A stretch of DNA of 24,000 bases, from the NCBI GenBank assembly GCA_963844545.1, contig CAWJOX010000026.1:1040730-1064729 (forward strand), in the 5' to 3' direction. The stretch comes from an uncultured Alphaproteobacteria bacterium (GTDB taxonomy: Bacteria; Pseudomonadota; Alphaproteobacteria; Rhizobiales; Xanthobacteraceae). Below, piece by piece: positions 17,956 to 24,000 of this stretch. The first letter of the stretch is position 1. Each line of letters starts with the position of its first letter. The position numbers and the translations under genes are program-made. The notes under the pieces were generated by a model. It did no database searches. It was not told the DNA's origin and saw nothing but the letters and a program-made list of their open reading frames with translations.

Positions 17956-18100
17956 GTCGTCTGCCGGGGTTCCGATCAGCCCCCACCCTACGGCGGGAGC
18001 CGGACGTTATTACTACCGCACGTCAGCCGCCCAGTCAGGTCCAAGTCCCTGGGCCATGGATCAACATCCGCTGTCCACGGCTTTTGCGCCAATATTGCGC

Positions 18101-18796
18101 TTATTCCTTAAAACGATAGCCGACGCCGTACAGCGTCTCGATCATATCGAATTCCACATCGCTTGCCTTGAACTTCTTGCGCAACCGCTTGATGTGGCTG
18201 TCGATGGTGCGGTCGTCGACGTAGACCTGATCGTCGTAGGCGGCATCCATTAACGCGTTGCGGCTTTTCACAACGCCCGGCCGGCTCGCCAAAGCGTGGA
18301 GGATGAGAAATTCGGTGACGGTCAACGTCACCGGCTCGTTCTTCCAGGTGCAGGTATGGCGTTCCGGGTCCATGCGCAGCAACCCGCGTTCCAGAACCTT
18401 GCTGTCGGCTTCCTTCGGTGCGGCGCCATCCTTTGGCGAGGCGCGCCGCAGTACGGCCTTGACCCGCTCGACCAGGAGCCGCTGCGAAAACGGTTTGCGG
18501 ATGAAGTCGTCGGCGCCCATTTTCAGCCCGAACAATTCGTCGATCTCCTCATCTTTTGAGGTGAGGAAAATCACCGGAAGGTCGGACTTTTGCCGCAGCC
18601 GCCGCAACGTCTCCATGCCGTCCATGCGCGGCATCTTGATGTCAAGGATGGCGAGGTCAGGCGGGGCGGTTTTGAAGCCGTCGAGCGCAGAAGCGCCATC
18701 GGTATAGGTCGTGATGCGATAGCCTTCGGCCTCGAGCGCGATGGACACCGAGGTCAGGATATTGCGATCGTCGTCGACCAGAGCGATTGTCGGCAT
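18101..18796 (-). CDS. chvI: OmpR-family response regulator ChvI/BvrR
   Basis: 231 aa: [14 protein letters not shown]...[14 protein letters not shown]...[29 protein letters not shown], plus a winged-helix C-terminus ...[13 protein letters not shown]...[11 protein letters not shown]. Confidence 0.93.
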   Translation of the reverse strand: MPTIALVDDDRNILTSVSIALEAEGYRITTYTDGASALDGFKTAPPDLAILDIKMPRMDGMETLRRLRQKSDLPVIFLTSKDEEIDELFGLKMGADDFIRKPFSQRLLVERVKAVLRRASPKDGAAPKEADSKVLERGLLRMDPERHTCTWKNEPVTLTVTEFLILHALASRPGVVKSRNALMDAAYDDQVYVDDRTIDSHIKRLRKKFKASDVEFDMIETLYGVGYRFKE

Positions 18797-18945
18797 AGCG
18801 GCCTTCTAACATGAGTCGGCCGCAAGCATCACCTAGCCCCGGCCCCGTAAGCCTTTGAAAACCCATGTAGGGGCGGAAGTGTGACGAGACAAGGCAGAAT
18901 CGGGGCAACTGCCGTGGCAGCAGCTGGAGCCGGAAAAGCTTAACA

Positions 18946-19743
18946 ATGGCCGAAATCGATAAAGCCGCTCCCCTGCCGGGCTTTATGCCGAACCGCCTGC
19001 CTGAAAACGCTCCGGCGCCGGAATTTGACGCGCGCGCGATCGCGAAGGCGCTTCTGCGCAGCACACGAGCGGGGGCGCTTGCGACCATCGACCGCAATAC
19101 CGGGCATCCGTTCGCGTCATTGGTTAACGTCGCCACCGATGTCGACGGTTCGCCGCTAATTTTAGTGTCCCGGCTCTCGACCCATACCGCCAATCTTGAA
19201 AGCGACGGTCGCGCGTCGCTGCTCTTTGCGTCGGTTGGCCGCGGCGATCCGCTTGCTTATCCACGCCTGACCGTACTCGGCACCTTCACGCCGACGACGC
19301 GCCAGGATCCACGGGACGCCCGTTTCCGCCGACGGTTCCTGGCACGCCATCCGAAATCAGAACTTTACGCCGGCTTTGCCGATTTCTCGTTCTGGCAGCT
19401 TGAAATCGTTTCCGCTCACCTTAATGGCGGCTTTGGCCGCGCCGCCGATCTAAAAGCTTCAGACGTAGTGACCGACCTTACGGGTGCGGAAGACCTTGTC
19501 GAGGCCGAAGCGAGCGCCATCGCGCATATGAACAACGACCATGCCGAAGCCGTACGGCTCTATGCCACCAAACTGCTTGGCGCCGAAGATGGACCGTGGC
19601 GGCTGACCGGGCTTGACCCGGACGGCCTCGATCTCGCGCTCGGGGATGCGACGTTACGCCTGCCGTTCCCTGAGCGTGTGTCCACAGCCGAACACCTGCG
19701 AAGAGTAGTGGTGGAGCTGGCAACGGCCGCGCGCGCTAAATAA
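18946..19743 (+). CDS. HugZ-like / pyridoxamine 5'-phosphate oxidase-fold protein with C-terminal DUF2470-like domain
   Basis: 265 aa: ...ARAIAKALLRSTRAGALATID..GHPFASLVNVATDVDGSPLILVSRLSTHTANLE.DGRASLL..., followed by ...AIAHMNNDHAEAV.LYA... typical of the DUF2470 heme-utilisation-associated domain. Confidence 0.75.
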   Translation: MAEIDKAAPLPGFMPNRLPENAPAPEFDARAIAKALLRSTRAGALATIDRNTGHPFASLVNVATDVDGSPLILVSRLSTHTANLESDGRASLLFASVGRGDPLAYPRLTVLGTFTPTTRQDPRDARFRRRFLARHPKSELYAGFADFSFWQLEIVSAHLNGGFGRAADLKASDVVTDLTGAEDLVEAEASAIAHMNNDHAEAVRLYATKLLGAEDGPWRLTGLDPDGLDLALGDATLRLPFPERVSTAEHLRRVVVELATAARAK

Positions 19744-19922
19744 ACGCTGATGCCTTTTCCGGCGGCAGGGGCACGGGTCTGTTGCGCTGCAGCGCGGAAC
19801 GCCGGAGAAATTGATCCGTTAGCCTTGCGATGGGAGTCCGTCTTGGCACGTGCTAATATGCCCGATATAGGATCGCACGCCCTGACGGCGAGGTTGGCGT
19901 AAGGTGAGTTGCGGAGGCGAGG

Positions 19923-21536
19923 GTGAAGGAAACAGGTTTGCGAAATAGTACTCACGGGGCTGACAAATTCGGGCTGAAAGGCCTCGCGGCAATTCACTGG
20001 AATTTACCCGACGCCGCGCTGGTCGAGCACGCGATCGCCGATCGGGAAGGTTTCTTGGTTCAGGGTGGCGCCTTCTGCGCCGAAACCGGTGTCCATACCG
20101 GCCGCAGCCCTAAAGACAAATTCGTTGTCGCCGACGGACAGACCGAGAAATCCGTATGGTGGGAGAAGAATGGCCGTCTTTCGCCCGAGAAATTCCAGTT
20201 GCTGTTCGACGATTTCATCGCCCACGCCAGGGGCAAGACTCTGTTCGCTCAGGACCTCTATGGCGGCGCCGATCCGCGATACCGCATCAAGACCCGCGTC
20301 TACAACGAGCTTGCCTGGCATTCGATGTTCATTCGCGCGCTGCTGATCAGGCCTGACCGCGCCGAGCTTTCACACTACGTTCCCGACTTCACCATCCTGT
20401 CGCTGCCCTCCTTCAAGGCCGATCCGAAACGCCACGGCGTGCGCAGTGAGACGATCATCGCGCTCGACTTCACCCGCCGCATTATTTTGATTGGCGGCAC
20501 GTCCTACGCCGGCGAGATGAAAAAATCCGTGTTCACCACGCTCAACTATTATCTGCCGGCCGAGAGCGTGATGCCGATGCACTGCTCCGCCAACGTCGGA
20601 CCGGATGGCGACGTCGCGCTGTTCTTTGGTTTATCCGGTACCGGCAAAACGACGCTCTCGGCCGATCCCAAGCGCACCTTGATCGGCGACGACGAGCACG
20701 GCTGGGGTCCGCAGGGCGTGTTTAATTTCGAGGGCGGCTGCTACGCCAAATGCATTAAGCTTTCCGCCGAAGCGGAGCCGGAGATTTACGCCACCACGAA
20801 GCGCTTCGGCACCGTGCTTGAGAACGTGGTGTTCGATCCCGAGACGCGCATTTGCGATTTCGACGACGACTCAAAGACTGAGAACACGCGCGCAGCGTAT
20901 CCGCTCGAATTCATCCCAAACGCGTCACGCACCGGCCGCGCCGGTATGCCAAGGAACATCGTGCTTCTGACCGCCGATGCCTTTGGCGTCATGCCGCCGA
21001 TCGCCAAGCTGACGCCGGCGCAGGCGATGTATCACTTTCTGTCCGGCTACACCGCCAAGGTCGCGGGCACCGAGAAAGGTCTCGTCGGCGTCCAGCCGGA
21101 ATTCTCTACTTGCTTCGGGGCGCCGTTCCTGCCGCGCCACCCTTCCGTCTACGGGAATCTCTTGCGCGAATTGATCAGCGCGCACGAGGTCGATTGCTGG
21201 CTGGTGAATACCGGCTGGACCGGCGGCATCTACGGCGTTGGCCGGCGCATGCCGATCAAGGTGACGCGGACGCTGCTCACCGCGGCTCTGAACGGTTCGC
21301 TCAAGACCGCCAAATTCCGCACTGACCCCTATTTCGGCTTTTCGGTGCCGACGCAGTTGACCGGGGTCGAGCCGCACCTGCTCTATCCGCAGAAGACCTG
21401 GCAGAACAAACTCGAATTTGACCAGACCGCGCGTAAGCTGGTCGATATGTTCCAGAAGAACTTTGTCCAGTTCGAGGACCACGTCGAAGCCGACGTTCGC
21501 GCCGCCGCGCCGGAAGTGCGCATCGCCGCGGAGTAA
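19923..21536 (+). CDS. pckA: Phosphoenolpyruvate carboxykinase (ATP)
   Basis: 537 aa with [22 protein letters not shown], the kinase-1a motif [21 protein letters not shown] and NTGWTGG. GTG start. Confidence 0.95.
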   Translation: MKETGLRNSTHGADKFGLKGLAAIHWNLPDAALVEHAIADREGFLVQGGAFCAETGVHTGRSPKDKFVVADGQTEKSVWWEKNGRLSPEKFQLLFDDFIAHARGKTLFAQDLYGGADPRYRIKTRVYNELAWHSMFIRALLIRPDRAELSHYVPDFTILSLPSFKADPKRHGVRSETIIALDFTRRIILIGGTSYAGEMKKSVFTTLNYYLPAESVMPMHCSANVGPDGDVALFFGLSGTGKTTLSADPKRTLIGDDEHGWGPQGVFNFEGGCYAKCIKLSAEAEPEIYATTKRFGTVLENVVFDPETRICDFDDDSKTENTRAAYPLEFIPNASRTGRAGMPRNIVLLTADAFGVMPPIAKLTPAQAMYHFLSGYTAKVAGTEKGLVGVQPEFSTCFGAPFLPRHPSVYGNLLRELISAHEVDCWLVNTGWTGGIYGVGRRMPIKVTRTLLTAALNGSLKTAKFRTDPYFGFSVPTQLTGVEPHLLYPQKTWQNKLEFDQTARKLVDMFQKNFVQFEDHVEADVRAAAPEVRIAAE

Positions 21537-21549
21537 GCAGGCGCCAAGC

Positions 21550-22518
21550 CTACCACGATCGCCATGCCGTCTCCGGAACCGGAGTGAGCGGCGGCCTGTC
21601 GTTTGCCCACGCCAGGATGTTGTCGACGAGAAGCTGGTCCATCTTCTCGCGGGTGAAAACCGACGCTGAGCCGAGATGCGGGAATAGCACCACGTTCTCC
21701 ATGGTCAGCAATTGCTCGGGCACCTGTGGCTCGTTGACAAAGACATCCAGTCCGGCGGCCATGATTTTTTGCTCGCGCAATGCGGCGATCAAAGCAGCCT
21801 CGTCGATCACCGAGCCGCGGGCGACATTGATCAGAATGCCGTCGCGGCCGAGCGCTTCCAGCGCTTGCGCATCGATCATGTTTTTGGTCGCTCCGCCGCC
21901 GGGCACAATGACAATGAGGGTATCGACGTCGCGCGCCATATCGACGAGCTTCGGGTAGTGACGGTAGGCGAGCTCCGGCCGCGCCCGCCGCGTGTGATAG
22001 ACGACGGGCACCCCGAATGCCTCAAGCCGGCGTGCAATGGCCATTCCGATGCGACCCATTCCGACCAGGCCGATGGTACGGTTGCGCAAAGTCGCGCGGC
22101 TGAGCGGGTAATTGTCTGCGAGCCATTTGCCGGCGCGAACATAACGCTCAGCCTGCGGCAATTCGCGCACAGTGCAGAGCAGAAGGCCGATTGCGGTATC
22201 AGCGACCTCTTCGGTCAGCACATCGGGCGTATGGGTCACCACGATGCCGCGCCGCGCTGCAGCGAGCGCGTCGATGTGATCGTAACCGACGCCGAAACTG
22301 GAAATGATCCGCAGGTTAGGCAAACGCGACAATAGTGCCTCGTCGATAAACTCTACAGGTGCGCTCACGGCCATGGCTCGCACATGGGCGATAGACGCAA
22401 AAAACGGATCGCGGTTCGGCGTCGGGGGAAGGCTACGCAGGGTGAAGTCGCCGAGACCTTTCGTGATGACCGGCCGCACCGGCCCGATCAGCAGTACCTC
22501 GGGTTTTGGTTGTGGCAA
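21550..22518 (-). CDS. D-isomer-specific 2-hydroxyacid dehydrogenase (glyoxylate/hydroxypyruvate reductase-like)
   Basis: 322 aa with the NAD-binding motif GLVGMGRIGMAIARR and catalytic region ...NVARGSVIDEAAL...FPHLGSAS. Confidence 0.85.
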   Translation of the reverse strand: MPQPKPEVLLIGPVRPVITKGLGDFTLRSLPPTPNRDPFFASIAHVRAMAVSAPVEFIDEALLSRLPNLRIISSFGVGYDHIDALAAARRGIVVTHTPDVLTEEVADTAIGLLLCTVRELPQAERYVRAGKWLADNYPLSRATLRNRTIGLVGMGRIGMAIARRLEAFGVPVVYHTRRARPELAYRHYPKLVDMARDVDTLIVIVPGGGATKNMIDAQALEALGRDGILINVARGSVIDEAALIAALREQKIMAAGLDVFVNEPQVPEQLLTMENVVLFPHLGSASVFTREKMDQLLVDNILAWANDRPPLTPVPETAWRSW

Positions 22519-22557
22519 AAATATCTCCTCAAACTACAGCGTCTCGATGCGGCGCAA

Positions 22558-23133
22558 TCAAGCAATGAAGGGGATCAAGGCAGGCACCTCGCCGCGATAG
22601 CGCGCGTATTGGTCACCGAATGTCTCCTCCATAAAACGTTCTTCCATTTTTAGTTTCAGAATTAGCGAGGCCGTCAGTAATCCGAAGGCGATCAAGCCGC
22701 GCCATTCGCCGAAGGCGATGGCTGTTCCCAGAATTGCAAAGAGCATGCCGGTATAGATCGGATGACGGACAATGCCGTACGGGCCGGTGCGAATGAGCTC
22801 GTGGTCTTCCTTGACGGTGACCCGGCCGCTCCAGTTCCGTCCAAGATGAACGCGGGCCCATACCGCAAAGGCGAGCCCGACCGCGACCATGAACAGCCCG
22901 AGCCAGTACGCCACCATTGTCTCCGGCAGGAAGCGGGCGTCGAGCCATTGGAACGGCTGCCGGTTAAAGGCCAAAAGCGCGGCAGCCAGGACGGTGAGCA
23001 CGGCGTGCCCGAGGCGCGATGCATAAGGCTCGCGGCGCCGCGTCGCCTTGACGTTCCGTGCGGCGATAATCCAGTAGGCGAGCCACGCCAGCCACAGGAC
23101 AGCGAACGGCGCCGCGGAGGGCGAATAAGACAC
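22558..23133 (-). CDS. Membrane methyltransferase of the ICMT/PEMT (isoprenylcysteine carboxyl / phospholipid methyltransferase) family
   Basis: 191 aa with 4-5 TM segments and the family signature ...LIRTGPYGIVRHPIYTGMLF...EERFMEETFGDQYARY. Confidence 0.75.
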   Translation of the reverse strand: MSYSPSAAPFAVLWLAWLAYWIIAARNVKATRRREPYASRLGHAVLTVLAAALLAFNRQPFQWLDARFLPETMVAYWLGLFMVAVGLAFAVWARVHLGRNWSGRVTVKEDHELIRTGPYGIVRHPIYTGMLFAILGTAIAFGEWRGLIAFGLLTASLILKLKMEERFMEETFGDQYARYRGEVPALIPFIA

Positions 23134-23166
23134 GCTTGCCTCAAGGGTTAGGACGCAATCGCGGCG

Positions 23167-24000
23167 CTAGACCAGCATGGTCACCGGCGTCTCGATCAGC
23201 GCCTTGATCATCGCCAGAAGCTCGGCGCCGAGCGCACCGTCAACGACGCGATGGTCGCAGGATAGCGTCGCCGTGAGCATGCTGGCGAAGGCAACGCCGC
23301 CGTCGGGCTTTTCGACCGCCTGCCGGCGTGCCGCGCCGATTGCGAGGATGGTGGCCTGCGGCGGATTGATGATCGCGGAAAACTCACGCACGCCGTACAT
23401 GCCGAGATTGGAGATCGCCGACGCGCCGCCTTGATAGTCGGCGGGCTTGAGCTTCTTGTCGCGGGCGCGCGCCGCCAGATCCTTCATTTCCGCAGAGATG
23501 GCGGTGAGCGATTTGGTCTCGGCACTGCGGATGATCGGCGCGATCAGACCGCCGTCGAGTGCCACGGCAACGCCGACATCGGAATGCGCAAAGCGCAGGA
23601 TGCGGTCGCCGGCCCAGGCCGCATTCGCGGCAGGTACGCGTTGCAGTGCCAGCGCCAGCGCACGGATGATAAAGTCGTTGAGCGAGAGCTTGAACGCCGG
23701 ATTGCCGTCGCGATCCTTTGGCGCCGCGGCATTGGCCTCTTCGCGCACCGCAATCAGGCGATCGATGGTGATGTCCGTGGTCAGATAGAAGTGCGGGACG
23801 GTCCGCTTCGCCTGCGCCAGCCGTGACGCTATGGTTTTTCGCATCCCATCGAGCGGGATTTCCTCGTAGCCTCCCGGTTCGTAGAGCGCCTTGACCTGAT
23901 CGGCGCTCGGCCCTTCGGCGACCGCGCCATGCGTGACCGGTCGCGGTGCGCTTTCCACGTCGCGAGCCATGATCCGGCCATGCGCGCCGGAGCCGCGCAG
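23167..24000 (-). CDS. pdhC: Dihydrolipoamide acetyltransferase (pyruvate dehydrogenase E2), 3' part; gene continues beyond the window
   Basis: Catalytic domain ...MRKTIASRLAQAKRTVPHFYL...KLSLNDFIIRALALAL...SNLGMYGV..FSAIINPPQ...TLSCDHRVVDGALGAE...TMLV*. The frame stays open to nt 24000, reading LRGSGAHGRI (E3-binding domain motif) upstream of the listed Met. Confidence 0.88.
   Translation of the reverse strand: MRGSGAHGRIMARDVESAPRPVTHGAVAEGPSADQVKALYEPGGYEEIPLDGMRKTIASRLAQAKRTVPHFYLTTDITIDRLIAVREEANAAAPKDRDGNPAFKLSLNDFIIRALALALQRVPAANAAWAGDRILRFAHSDVGVAVALDGGLIAPIIRSAETKSLTAISAEMKDLAARARDKKLKPADYQGGASAISNLGMYGVREFSAIINPPQATILAIGAARRQAVEKPDGGVAFASMLTATLSCDHRVVDGALGAELLAMIKALIETPVTMLV

Overview
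High-GC alphaproteobacterial chromosomal segment. Its gene order and intergenic repeat types look Bradyrhizobiaceae/Nitrobacteraceae-like, which is an inference. Most of it is housekeeping. Left to right: pncB(3' part)-pncA; a small zinc-ribbon ORF; class I fumarate hydratase plus an alpha/beta hydrolase (- strand); about 1 kb of non-coding DNA packed with GC-rich hairpin repeats; a mazE/mazF-type toxin-antitoxin pair; lepA; a divergent pair of glycosyltransferases (GT2-GtrA fusion and GT39/ArnT-like); ahcY; a lower-GC insert of about 2 kb carrying a family-less polytopic membrane protein and a UdgX-type uracil-DNA glycosylase-like protein; the conserved alphaproteobacterial locus ptsH-manX-hprK-chvG-chvI (- strand) with divergent HugZ-like gene and pckA; a 2-hydroxyacid dehydrogenase; an ICMT/PEMT-like membrane methyltransferase; and the 3' part of pdhC. 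No rRNA, tRNA, CRISPR array or transposase was recognised. Three things stand out. (1) Seven frame disruptions, each fixable by deleting one base, hit five conserved genes (pncB, fumA, GT2-GtrA, GT39 x2, ahcY x2). All lie in the first 12.2 kb and none in the second half. (2) The ahcY/ptsH synteny is broken by the lower-GC membrane-protein + UdgX insert. (3) There are dense mosaics of palindromic intergenic repeats. I did not find a clearly novel multi-gene system. The best candidate for something undescribed is the small-ORF / membrane protein / UdgX cassette at 12.25-14.3 kb.
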